64,000 nucleotides of DNA, from contig JAGIQG010000002.1 of NCBI GenBank assembly GCA_024679065.1, positions 71,424,001-71,488,000 on the forward strand. Reading direction: 5' to 3'. The notes under the pieces are model-generated. The model was not told the origin of the DNA. It saw nothing but the letters and a program-made list of their open reading frames with translations, and searched no databases. Made by a program: the position numbers and the translations under genes. This stretch comes from Sphyrna mokarran (lineage: Eukaryota). Below, piece by piece: positions 13,601 through 26,085 of the stretch (positions are counted from its first letter, which is position 1; the number at the start of each line of letters is the position of its first letter).

Positions 13601-14639
13601 TATGGCTAATAGAGCTCCCTCGTAACTACTACATATATGTGAACCACAAAATCTTTGAGATCCTGCATTATCCTTATTTTGACTACATTCACAACAGTCC
13701 AGTTATCCCCATTGAGAGTAATCTTGGACACTGTTTATAAGGAAGGGCCAGTTGAGCCTACATGTTCAGCCATGTCACACAAACCAGTAAATACTAAACT
13801 GGACAAAGACTGAGTGTAAACATGAAACATTGTTTCTCCCTCAACAACTCTATCACCATTAATGTGTGCAAACCATGAGACTTGCCTGTACATTTTGCCC
13901 ACTGACCAAGTCTCAATAAATAACAATAATGCACACACAGATAAATTGAAACCAGTGTATTATGGAATGATTCCAAGTGAAACTTGAATTGTGCTTTCAA
14001 TTCTTATGTAAATGACATTGTAGTTGGGTGGGGAAATTGTGACCATGGTGCAGAGCCTCTCTATTCCCCTGGCAGAACTAGACACAGTACTCCAGTTGAG
14101 GCTGAACTAGTGTTTTAGGCAGGTTTGTCATAACTTTCTTGCTTTGATACTCAATGCTCTTATTTACAAAGCCCAGGATCCAGTGTGCATTATTAACCAC
14201 TTTTCTCAAAGAGCTGCCTCTCCTCATTCTTCCCACTGAAATAAATCACTTCACACATTTCAGCAAACAATTTCATTTGCCGCTTGTCCACCAACTTGCC
14301 TATGTCCATAGGAGTTCAACAATATTCTCCTCACACTTCACAATAATTTCATGTTTTGAGTTCTCTGCAAATCTTGAAATTGTATGTTCAAATAATAAGC
14401 TAAAAATCCCTCATTTATGAAGGGTACTTGTGACGGGAGAAGGTGAAGAAGGAGAAGGGGAGAAGGAATTTAAAACAAGATTCAGCCTTCTTGAATGATG
14501 AGAAATTTCAGTGAGATGGAGTACAAACTTCTTCCTATCCATAAACCTCAACACCACATCCCAGTCTCCTGATGCTGGGATGAGGGCAGGAGGTGAGATT
14601 GACATTAAGTCATCTACTGAACAGCTGCCTAGTTAGAGC

Positions 14640-14965
14640 CATAGAATCTCCACAGTATAGAAAGAGGTCATGCGGCCCATTGAGTCAGCACTGACTCTCT
14701 GAAAGAGTATCCCATGCAGGCCCTCCTCTCCACCCTTTGCTGATCAGTCTAACCAACATGTCTTTGGACATTAAGGGACAATTTAGCATGGCCAATCAAC
14801 ATAACCTGCATGTCTTTGGATTGTGGAAGAAAACCAGAGCATCCAGAGGTAATACACACATACACAGGGAAAACATACAGACTTCACACTGTCACCCAAG
14901 ACCACAATTGAACCCAGGTCCCTGGCATTGTGAGGCAGCAATGCCAACTGTTGTGCCACCGTGCA
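14640..14965 (-). mobile_element. HE1/V-SINE (CR1-like tail)
   Basis: Reverse complement of the SINE core and head (aatttagcatggccaatc ... tgtgaggcagca ... gtgccaccgtgc). Confidence 0.8.
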
Positions 14966-16949
14966 TGCATAACTATGAACTCTATCAACCCCTATATCCC
15001 CCACCCTCACCCAAACCTTCAATTTTTTTTCAAAGTGATTTGTGCATTAGAAACACCCCAGCTCACTGAAAGGACAGTTGTGGCTCCACACTGCTGTATG
15101 AAAATCCACAAATGGTATAGTTCACAACAGCCGATTTCATTTTATGGAAATGACTCTGTCCCTGGGGCTGGATTGAACTCAGGGTCAGGAAAAAGACAGA
15201 CTGCTCGGTGGAAGGCCTCTACCACTACACTTCTGACAGTGCAATTAGCCTCCAGCTATCTGAGGCATTATGTTTGCATTTTATATATCAACCTTTTGTC
15301 GTTACCAGATCTACTGACTGCTTTAACAACTGTTCGATGCCAGGACATCAGCTGTTCAGATGCTTTCTGAATTGCATAACAAAAAGTTGGTGGTTTATTC
15401 AAATATACCTTCTGCTAGAATTTTATGCAATAAACTGTTACTATGTGGAACACTGAAGCAAAGAAATAACATGATGCTTGAGACATTCAAAATGAAAATA
15501 TTACAGCAAGTTGGCTCCTGTTCAAAACTCTTCATTATTTGACTTGGCATCTTGTATAGCCTCGAATTATGACTCTGAGGCTTTTGATGATTTTGGCTCA
15601 GGTTGATATTGTATTTGCTGTTGGGTCAGGCTGGATTCCAATACTGACAATTTTTTTTCTGATGGTATGAACATTGTAACTTGGATTAACCTGGTCAAAA
15701 TTTGATATAAGGGAGGTGCCAGTTTTGCAGTTCACAACAGCAGCCTGCTGTTCCACATACTAGAATGTCATGCCACCAAATACAAGGCACCAATCAATAC
15801 TTCATGAACACATTCTGGTGCCATAGATAGCAAGCTTTGGATAAAAAGCATGAAATGAGGTTTCCTTCACCAGCAAGTACATTTAGAAATGTATTTGCAA
15901 GTTGACAGCAAATATAGGTTTGCAAAATTAGAGCTCATCCAGCAATCAATCTAATAATTTCATTCTCCATCATGTGCATCAAGAAGGTTGTATCAGTCTC
16001 ACCTCCTCAAGCTTGGTCAAACAGAGAAGGAGTGGGGGTAAATGGGGGCAGGTTGGGCTTCTGTTCAAAGAAAAAGTGGACAGCCATCAGATTATCCTTG
16101 CTGATTATCCTATCAATGAATGGAGTGGTGAGCATTCAGCAATGTGTGTATTTAAGACAGTGGCTTAACTAAATGGTGAAATGACAGATCTGGCATCAAA
16201 TCAGCCTAGGGCACTGACTAGCATCATGGATCAGATGACACAAGACCAGGCCTTCTGTGTAACGGCACATAGCTGCTACAAAAGATCTAAATTTAAAAAA
16301 CTGAAATGTGATGTAAAATAAGTAAGATTCATGGGTAACGACAGCTAGTATATCAATCAAATCATCTAACTTTATGTTTACCCTTGGTTATCTTCTGAAG
16401 TTGAGTTTGTTTAAATTTATTCCTATCTTTCATTGCCCTTGAACTTGTTTGGCCATTTCAGAGTGAACCACATTGCAGTGGATCTGGAGTGACATGTAAG
16501 CCAGACCAGCTAAAGATAGCAGATTTTCTTCCCAAAAGAGTTTTTAGCAACCATCAACAATGCTCCTCATTAGACATTTAATTCCTGATTTTTGTTGAAT
16601 TCAGATTGCCATGGCCGGATGTGAACTCAGATCCCCAGAATATTACATACACAAAAACAGAAAATGTTGGAAAATCTTGGCAGGTCAGACAACATCTGTA
16701 GAAGGAGAACAGAGCTAATGTTTCGTATCTGAACAGACTCAGAACATTGGCTCTACCGTCTCTCCGCAGATGCTATCAGCCTTGCTGAGATTTTCCAGTA
16801 TTCTTTGTTTTTGTTTGAGATTCCAGCAGTATTTTATTTTTAGCCCAGTGTATTACCTTGGATTACTAATTCAGTGATAATACCACTATACCATCATTCC
16901 CCACTGTGCAAATGCAACATGAAAGATGTCCTCTTTGGATTAAAAATCA

Positions 16950-17145
16950 GTGGGGGGAATTTTCCAGTCCCACTTGCCATGGGAATCGTAGCAGGCAGTG
17001 GAGAAGGGGAGGGAGGGGTGGTGGGAATGGGGATTGGGGGTGGTGGCGAGGGGAGGGGGAGTGTTGTGGGTGGACTATGCAAAGGTCCACTGACCTCAGG
17101 CAGGGTTTTCCAGTTTCGGGCGAGCGCAGCCAAATAATCTCACCC
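16950..17145. mobile_element. Short non-autonomous DNA element (MITE-like family)
   Basis: gggggaattttcc ... atctcaccc. The reverse complement recurs at about 43543-43688 and partially at about 3400-3530 and 50415-50525. Confidence 0.55.
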
Positions 17146-17377
17146 AATGGATTCCAACTACAAGAAATATGCCTGCTGAGTAAATCTAGAATCTGCCACA
17201 AGCTGGACAAAGGCAATATTGCCATTCTTTCAGCATCATGAGTAGGAAACATGTACCATTTTTATTTAATTTGCCTCGTGGGAAACTAACATCACAATTG
17301 GTGTTACTTTCCATTGACGACAATGGAGAGTGAAAACAGGCAGGATGTAAAACACTCAACTCATCTGAATTCATCAA

Positions 17378-17667
17378 AGTTCAAAGTTTATTTATTAGTC
17401 ACAAGCTGGCTTACATTAACACTGCAATGAAGTTACCATGAAAATCCTCTAGTTGCCACACTCCAGCATCTGTTCGGGTACGTGGAAGGAGAATTTAGCA
17501 TGGTCAATGCACCTAACCAACATATCTTTGGACTGTGGGAGGAAACCCAGGCAAATACAGGGAGAATGTGCAAAACTCCACACTGACAGTAACTCAAGCC
17601 AGGAATCAAACCCAGGTCCCTAACACTGTGAGGTAGCAGTGCTAATCACTGAGCCACCATGCTGCCC
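17378..17667 (-). mobile_element. HE1/V-SINE with an alternative (TAAA-ending) tail
   Basis: Same head and core, but the tail reads aaagtttatttattagtcacaag..ttacattaacactgcaatgaagttac on the + strand. Confidence 0.8.
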
Positions 17668-17689
17668 AGTTTTCCACAGGCAAATTTAG

Positions 17690-18340
17690 TTACCACATCT
17701 TCACTACCTGCATCTAAGTCATTGATATGAATTGCAAAATGTCAAGAGTCCAGCACAGTCCCCTATACAACTCCATTCTTTACCTACTGTCATTTAAAAA
17801 AAGACCCATTCATGAATGCTCTGTTTTCTGCCGACACATCAATTTTCTTTCTGTACAATTATGTTATCCTTTGAGCAAGCGCTTTTATTTTCTATAATAA
17901 CCTTTGATGTGGTACTTTATCAAATGTCTGTTGGAGGTCCAAGTATTGTACATCTACAGACTTTCCTTTGTCCACAATGTGTGTTATTCCTTCAAAGAGC
18001 TCCAATAAATTGCTTAAATATGATTTCTCTTTCACAAAACTGTGCCAACTCTTCCTAATTACCTTCAGCTTTTTTCAATGCCAGGCAATATCCTCCTTAG
18101 CGATTGATTCTGACATCTTTCCCACAACAGATGTCCAGCTCACTGGCCTGGTTTCCCATCTTCTGTCTTCTTCCCTTGAATAAGGAGTCATATGTGCTTC
18201 TTCCAAATCTGATAGAACCTTTTAAAAACCTAGTAATTTCTTCAAAATTAACAGCAACACATCTACCACTGCATCTTTTTTAAGACACTAGAATGAAGTC
18301 GTTCAGGACTCAGAGATTTATCAGTCCACAGTTTGATCAG
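17690..18340 (-). mobile_element. CR1 LINE reverse-transcriptase fragment
   Basis: Minus-strand reading HSFVKEKSYLSNLLELFE..VDKGKSVDVQYLDLQQTFDKVPHQR matches the CR1 RT (HGF..S...NL..F..D..YLD..AFDKVPH). Confidence 0.8.
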
Positions 18341-19344
18341 TTTCCTCAGTGGAGTGTTGTGTAATAATTTGTAAACATCCCCACTTCTAACCTTATAATG
18401 AAGGTGCATCGTTGATGAAGCAGCTGAAAATGGATGGGCCTAAGACACAACCCTATTTGTGAAGGGATATCTACGTAGTAAAGTAAATTCTGTGCCATTT
18501 TATAACCTGTTACAAATGATGCATAGAAAACACTAGAGTGTAATAATTCTGGCAAAGGAGATCCCTACTTCCATTGAATGCTGAACATGATTAAACATGG
18601 AGGGGATTTTTATGTTAACTGGAGCTCAGTTGCTCTGAACAACCATCCACCAGTGATAATTGATGTATGTAAAAAAATTTATCTGAACAGTTCTCCTTAT
18701 TCTCTGAGTAATTATTTAAAATTGATTTCCTTTTTCACTGACATCCCAACCAAATGAAATATTCTTCCCATAATCATTCTGTCAAAAGTCTCACAATTTT
18801 AAAAGCTTGTTCTTAAATCACTCCCTTGCCTTCTATGATCCACAGAAGAATGTCCCAATATCTCACATCTCTGATCACAACTATAGTTTCTAATCTCTGG
18901 TACAATGCACTCACAAAGGAGCAGGAAAAGGTATACCTTAAAATGAAAAGGTAATCTACTTAATTAGCAATGCAAAGTTGTCTAAATGACAAATGCCATA
19001 AACAGTAGGAGGTAGAAAAAATTAAGCAATCTGACAAGCAGCAGATCAAAATGAATACACTGTAATCTCTCGTGTCAAAAATGCTTCAGACCAAGGCATT
19101 TCTGGGTTTTGGAATTTTCTGGAATGTAGAATAATGTTAGAATACCTAACAATAAATCTGTGAACTCGATAAAAAACATGCACCTGACACAGAAAAGTGA
19201 CAAAATGTTACAAAGCATGAATAATAATTTCTTATTTATCCAAATACTGTATATTATATGTTTCCAAAGTACTATACTAAAATTATACTGATGATGTTAA
19301 GAGAACAGATGATTCCATACACTGCTTTATTTCACCAGTAGTTT

Positions 19345-19625
19345 AAAGTTAATTCATTAGTGTCACAAGTAAGCTTATATTAACAGTGAAATGAAGTTAC
19401 TATGAAAATTCCCACACTCTGGCACCTGTTCAGGTACACTGAGGGAGAATTTTAGCAAGACTAATGCACCTACACATCTTTTGAGGGAACCAGGATACCC
19501 AAACGAAACCCATTCAGACATGGGGAGAATGTGCAGTCTCCAAACAGATAGTGACCCAAGCTGAGAATTGAACCAAGGTTCCTGGCACTATGAGGCAGCA
19601 GTGTTAACCACTGTGCTACCATACT
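19345..19625 (-). mobile_element. HE1/V-SINE with the alternative tail
   Basis: Same structure as the copy at 17378-17667. Confidence 0.75.
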
Positions 19626-22106
19626 ACCAAAGGTTGTGAACGAAAGTTGCTGAGCATCAAAAGTAAGAGCTATGTTTGGTCAAGAATGCTGTTTGCAGAA
19701 ATTGGGCTTGGAGATTTGATGGTATACTTGCCAGGGTCTTCCAAAATTATCAAACATTTTCTGCAACATCATTAGTTTCATGTAATTTGGCTGTACTACA
19801 TTAATTTCTCTTCAATCCTATACACATGATTTATATCTTACTGGCTCATAAAACTTTGTTGTTCTAGAAAATGAATGAAGCAGGAGGCTAGATTTATCCC
19901 TTCCTCCATTATAATCTTTTCCTCAGGGACATCATCTTCTTAATCACTGTCCTCATTCCCCACAGATTTAGGATGCAGAGCAATATCTTGATGTTTAGTT
20001 TTGAAATGGTGGTCCATCCAGCAGTCAGCACTATACATGGATTTCATTAGGCACATATCTGTCAACTAGATGCTGATAGATAGAATGGGGATGCATCTGA
20101 GGCATCTTGTTGTGACTAGGAAGGCAGAAACTGTGTTGGTGATGAAAAACTCACGTTCATCACACACCTTCAGCAAGAGGAGGCCATTGCTGTTATAACT
20201 ATCATCCTCATTTTCCCATGACTGGTGACCTGCACCAAAAACAATGAGCTTGTCTTACTTTGACACTCTAACTATCGAAGAGTCTTCAAAGAGTTTATTT
20301 TTGACTTCATCAATGTTGATTATGTAGGGACGTGCGCACTGATGAGTGATGCTTGCCTATTGCCATGCAGAGAGAGTTTAAGCATGACCAGACAATCACT
20401 ACCAGAGTGCCGGAGTGTGGGGATTTTCACAGTAATTTCATTATACTGTTAATGTTGTTAATGTAAGCCTAATTATGACACTGATAAATAAACTTTAAAC
20501 TATTGGTGAAATAAAGCAGTGTATGGAATCACCTCAGAAAGACAAGTTGGCATATTGACGAGATGGTTCACGGCAGCGGAGCCAATGCCAGATAGGTTTT
20601 GCTATCTTCCTCATATAGATGAGTCTTGTTGAGGACAACAAGCCATTGTACTTTGACACAACCAGCACAGTTCTTCTCTTAAGAGCTGTAGTGTTGTTAA
20701 TAAGGATGCGCATATTCCATGGCCCAGTGTTGACTGGGCTCAGCTTATTCTGAGATTGTCTTATGACTGCGTTGTTAGGATCCCTGCCAGTTGCTGCCTG
20801 CTGTGAGGGATAGGCATGATGTGACACTAAGATAAGTCAATGATGGTGTCAAATGGGGATGTGAGAAAGTGTTGAAGCAGACAGATACATGTGCCTGCAA
20901 AGTGCGTTAATATATGGAGTGATGTGTTGAGTTAGGCTTGGGAAGGCAGTACAAGACGGAATTAATAGGCATTTGCAGGCCAAGGGAGGCATCAGTGATG
21001 TGTAATGTTGCCTTGCAATGATATGAATTCATTGCTGCAGATGCTTTCTGCGCTGAAACCATAGACTATCCTTTAATTTTCATCCTGAAGCTAGATACAA
21101 ATTTAGTGGCTGTATTAAAAAGCCACTGACAAAGATATAACTAAAAATTCTAGGTTCCTTCAGGCTGCTGGGTGACCCAATGCCAGTGGGGTCAGAAATT
21201 TAAATCATGTCAATAATAGTAAATCTTCTCCCCATTCACTGGTATTGGAAAAGAGATTTTCCAAAATACTTTTCTATTAAGTGAATAAATAGAAAGCAGA
21301 GCAAGTAATACCCCAGAGATTTACATTTTGTGTGGTGCACATGAATCTTAGTTAGTCTAAAATTCTATAGAATTAATCAACATTTTCACTACATGCAGTA
21401 AGTAGTATTTATTCATCCTTTAATGTTATGTTATCATGGTGGGATTACATCACAGTTAAGTGCTACCTGCATTCAGGAGTAACTATAGTCAGAATTTCCC
21501 CCTGCATCATCGGGAAAATCATAACAAGACAGATATTCTGCATGAGCCTTTGCTTTACCTCCTGAGACTTTCTTGTGAGGATGTGGTAGGCCTGAGGTAA
21601 AATAAATTGGCCAACATCTTGTTAGCTTTGGCCAGAAAGTTAGTTACCTGGCATGGCTCAGGCAGGAACCAACTATGTTTAGAATGGGGCCTGAATTAAG
21701 TTGCAATGCAATGGCTATGAAGAATTATGATCTATTGTTTCAATTTCAAAAAATGAAATTACTTGCAAATAAATGTTTCAATAGCACTGAAGCAACATAT
21801 CTGTTTTAAGAAGCATAGCCTGAAAAATCAACATTGTGACATTACTGTATAAAATACACTTTCATCATTGTTATTCTAACATATAACATGGATATCAGCC
21901 AATTTATCTTAAATGAACATAGTGATTGAAGAATTATATTCAAATATGATACACAAAATACAGAACAGTATAGTTTCCAGTTGACTGTTATCATTGCAAT
22001 AAAGCTTGTCAAGTAATTACTTTAATGTAACTTTTGAGAATCGAACGTTATTCATTTGCCCCAGAATTTGGGCATACGGACCATGATTCATGGTAACTGC
22101 TAGAGA

Positions 22107-22295
22107 TCAGGAGGATAAGGCACACAATTTGTCGACCCAAATCAACTCCCTGATAGTAGCAGGGCCACGAGTAGCCCCCGCACAGCCTTGGATGCTGTTG
22201 TTGTACAGACGTACTATGCACACTTCCGGAGGTTGAGTACATTGAGAAGAAACCAAGTGCACCAAGCAACCCTCCATTTCTAAAAGTGCAATCAT
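22107..22295 (-). mobile_element. Possible Gypsy integrase zinc-binding-region remnant
   Basis: IVRLYNNSIQGCAGATRGPATIRELIWVDKL loosely resembles the retroelement IL..H...GH.G..T...IR..FWW..L segment; locally CpG-rich. Confidence 0.3.
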
Positions 22296-22709
22296 TGTAA
22301 AACAGAAGTTCTAGCAATGCACTGCAGGCTGTTGAATAATTATTACTCAGGGACAAGGTTAAGCACATCAGGCAAAGATGAGGTTCCCCAAATTAATAAT
22401 GCAGTGCTAGATGAGGAATGTAGAGACTTCAAAATCAGGAAGGAGACCAATGGCTGAATCATCAGTCAATATGTAATCAGCACTCTGCTTACCCTAAACT
22501 CAAACTGTACATTTCTCACCCAGACATCCGACCTGGACGTGCTGAGAGGCATGCAACATAGCAGCTCGACGTGCTCCTTCTCTGCTGTGCAATAGTGTTG
22601 GGGAAAGTGAAACTACCCCCCATTTTGAAGCACCAGCTAATGTGAAACAATAAGGTTTCTGGCATTTCTTCTTCCTACCCTTCCTCCTCTTCCAGCTGTC
22701 ACACCAGTC

Positions 22710-22880
22710 ATGGCTTAGTTTGGTAGCACTCCTCCCTCTGAATCAGAAGATTGTGAATTGAAATCAAATTCCACTCCAAGATTTAAGCAAAAGAATCAAA
22801 CCTGACATTCAAATGCAACACCAAGAGAGTTCTGCATTGTCAGAGGAGCTGTCTTGCAATAAAATGTAAAAACCAAAGCC
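22710..22880 (+). mobile_element. DeuSINE/SacSINE-like fragment
   Basis: ggtagcactcctccctctgaatcagaagattgtg..cctgacattc..gcattgtcagaggagctgtc. Related pieces lie at about 37225-37395, 37655-37835 and 41800-42090. Confidence 0.55.
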
Positions 22881-23844
22881 CCATCAGATATGGGGATGTT
22901 TGTTGATCATTGCTCAATTATCAGCACCATTTGCAACTCTTCAGATGCTGAACCAGTCCATGTTCAAATGCAACAAGACATGGACAATATCCAGCTTGGG
23001 TTGACAATTGAAAAGTCTGCAGATGTCCCTCAGGATGTCTTTGGCCCAATCATTTTCAGCTGCTTCGTCAACAGCCTTCTTTTAGAGAATCAGTGTTGAC
23101 TCAATAGGCTGATTGGACTTGTTCTGCATGGCAAAGATTCTGTGATTCAGTATCAGAAACAGAGGGACAGATCTTCCTCTTTAACACTTGAAAATAAAAC
23201 ATCACTTCAATGTAGCAGAAGAATGAAGATCGGAATGATAGTGTCTAGTTCATTTTTCATTCATTCAAATTAATAGCCAGGCATCTCAGTGTAAAACAGT
23301 ATTGGTGTGATCCAATGTCTAGACCCATAGTTTCAGTCTTACTAATTCTGAATGGAAGTTGTTATTACTACAAGGCTTGGATTCTGTTAAGCTGTCAGAG
23401 CTTAATAGGATTCATTGATGGTGGGAAATTTGTGGATATCACCAAGGCGTGTCATGTAGATGAAAACAAAATAAATGGGTTTTGGAGGGAGCTTTTGAAT
23501 ATTCCCAAGATCATTGTACTGGAATAGGAGAATGAAACCATTGCAGTAAACAACGGAATCATTCATAAAGGAAACAAAGTCACATAAAGTGAAGAAAGCT
23601 GAGAATGGATATTGGGACAATGATTGAATGGTTTTGAAGGGGAGTAATAGGAGAAATGAGCATGAAGTTAGGTGGTAATGACACATTCAAGGACTTTGAG
23701 AAGGAAAGGAAAGTTGGAAATAGAGCAATAATTGGAGTTGGTGGAATGATGAATAGCTTTTAACAGGGAGAAGGTCGATATAAGATATCTTAATTCAGAA
23801 TCTGAGAAAACAAAACTATTGACAATATTGATGCCAATTGAAAT

Positions 23845-25090
23845 GAGCACTTCAGAATACCACAAGCCTGAGGATAACCTCACAATGTTCCACTTCTTCA
23901 GCTTCCACTCTAAACACGTTAAAGAAGCCATCCCCTACGGACAAGCCCTCCGTATACAGAGGATTTTCTCAAATGAGGATTATCGCAATAGATACCTCCA
24001 GACGCTGAAAGATGCCCTCATAAGAATAGGATATGGCACTCGACTCATTGATTGACAGTTCCAGCAGGCCACAGAGAGAAACCACACTGACCTCCTCAGA
24101 AGATAAACAGGGGACACTGCAGTACATTCAGTACATCCCCGGAGTGGAGAAACGATGACATCTTCTCTGGAGCCTTCAACATGTCATTGATGAAGATGAA
24201 CATCTTGCCAAGGCCATCCCCACACCCTCACTTCTTGCCTTCAAACAACCGCACAACCTCAAACAGACCTTTGTTCTCAGCAAACTACCCAGCCTTCAGG
24301 AGAACAGTGACCACTACACCACACAACCCTGCCACAGCAACCTCTGCAAGACGTGTCGGATCATTGACACGGGATGCCATTTTCTCACGTGAAAACACCA
24401 TCCACCAGATACACGGCACATACTTCGCAACTTGTCCAACGTTATCTACCCTGATACGCTGCAGGAAAGGATGTCCCAAGGCATGGTACATTGGGGAGAC
24501 CAATGCAGACGCTATGACAATGGATGAATGAACACTGTTCAACAATCACCGGGTAAGTGTGTTCTCTTTCTGTTGGGGGAACACTTCAGCAGTCAGGGGC
24601 ATTCAGCCTCTGATCTTCAGGTAAGCATTCTCCAAGGCAGTCTTCACGACACACGACAATGCAGAATCGCTGAGCAGAGATTGGTAGCCAAGTTCTGCAC
24701 ACATGAGGACGGCCTCAACCGGAATCTTGGGTTCATGTCACACTATCTGTAACCCCCATGACTTGCCTGGGCTTGCATAACCTCACTAACTGTCCTGTCT
24801 GGAGACAACACACATTTCTTTAATCTGTGCTTAACCCTCTCTCCACTCACATTGTCTGTATCTTTAGGACTTGATTACCTGTAAAGACTTGCATTCCAAG
24901 CATTATTTTGTAAATTGAGTTTGTGTTTTTAAATGCCCTGTTTGTGAATAGAACTCCCATTTACCTGATGAAGGGGCAGTGCTCTGAAAGCTAGTGCTTA
25001 TGCTACCAAATAAACCTGTTGGACTTTAATCTGGTGTTATGAGACTTCTTACTGTGGTTACCCAGTCCAATGCTGACATCTCCAAATCAT
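23845..25090 (+). mobile_element. Penelope-like retroelement, 5'-truncated (RT thumb, GIY-YIG endonuclease, terminal repeat)
   Basis: YHKPEDNLTMFHFFSFHSKHVKEAIPYGQALRIQRIFS (PLE RT C-terminus) and LIRCRKGCPKAWYIGET (GIY-YIG). The 3' end has ctgatgaag..gaaagct..aataaa. Frameshifted. Confidence 0.85.
24961..24997 (+). ncRNA. Minimal type I hammerhead-ribozyme-like motif in the Penelope terminal repeat
   Basis: uuac-CUGAUGA-aggggcagugcucu-GAAA-gcua-gug: core boxes at 24965-24971 and 24986-24989, a short stem II and a palindromic AGCU stem III. Confidence 0.55.
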
Positions 25091-25329
25091 TCAACTTGTA
25101 TGCCATTAACTCAGTTCTGGGAGACTCAAGGATGAACAGATTCGCCTAGATTGCTGAGATTTATGATTGCTCCCAGACAGCTTTTTGTGTCCCAAATGTA
25201 AATGAACCTCAATGACCTTTATTCCATAAATGGACAACTGTTTCGAAACATCATGCAAACATTCTCATGTGTGAATTTACAACATGCTGGTAGCTACCAT
25301 CGTGATTTAATATATTCTTTAAAATAAAA

Positions 25330-26085
25330 AAAATGCTTCGATGGAATATTACAAAACAAAATTTGACATTGAGCAATATAAGGAGATAATAGGCAAAATG
25401 AACAAAAACTTGGCCTAAGGGATTATTTTAACGAGTTTATCAAAAATAGGTTGAGAGGCAGAGAGGTTTAGTGAGAGAATTCTAGAACTTAGGGCCCAGA
25501 CACTTCAAAGCATGTCTACCAATAGTGGGGTGATTAAAATTGGGGATGCTCATGAAGCCGGAATTATTGAATGACAGGTATCTCAGAGGATTGTGGAGCT
25601 GGAGACCCTGAGGAATTTGAAAACAAGGACTAATTTTCAAATCAGAATGTTGCTTACTAGGAGGCAAAGGCAGTCAGCAAACATAGGAACATACAGGACT
25701 TAATGTGCATTAGGATACAAGTAACAAAAATTTGGATGATTTCAAGTTCCTGGAGAATAGAGTATGGAAGGCGAACTGGGAGGTACTGGAATGGTCAAGT
25801 CTAGACGTAGTAAAAATGTGAGTGAGGGTTTCAGAGTAGATGAGCTGAGGCAAGGATAGAGTTGGACAATATTACAGAGAGGAAAATAAACTAGTAGTGT
25901 TGGTGTGCAGTTGGGGTCAGAAACATGTCTCAGGGTCAAATATGATGCCAAGGATACAGGCAGTTAGGTTCAGCCACAAAAAGTTGCAGGGAAGGGATGG
26001 ATTTGGTGTTTGCAAAGCATAGATTATGGTAGTGATCAGAGACAGGGGTTATAGTTAATTGGAGAAAATTTCCATTTATCCGTTA
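25330..26085 (-). mobile_element. Degenerate L2/CR1-clade LINE 3' portion
   Basis: gaggtttagtgagagaattctagaacttagggcc..., ggaatggtcaagtctaga..., gggtcaaatatgatgccaagg are typical antisense L2 3' sequence. Heavily decayed. Confidence 0.5.

Noticed and set aside
13640-14030. Possible second LTR-retrotransposon fragment on the minus strand
   Set aside because: Too decayed to assign motifs reliably by eye.
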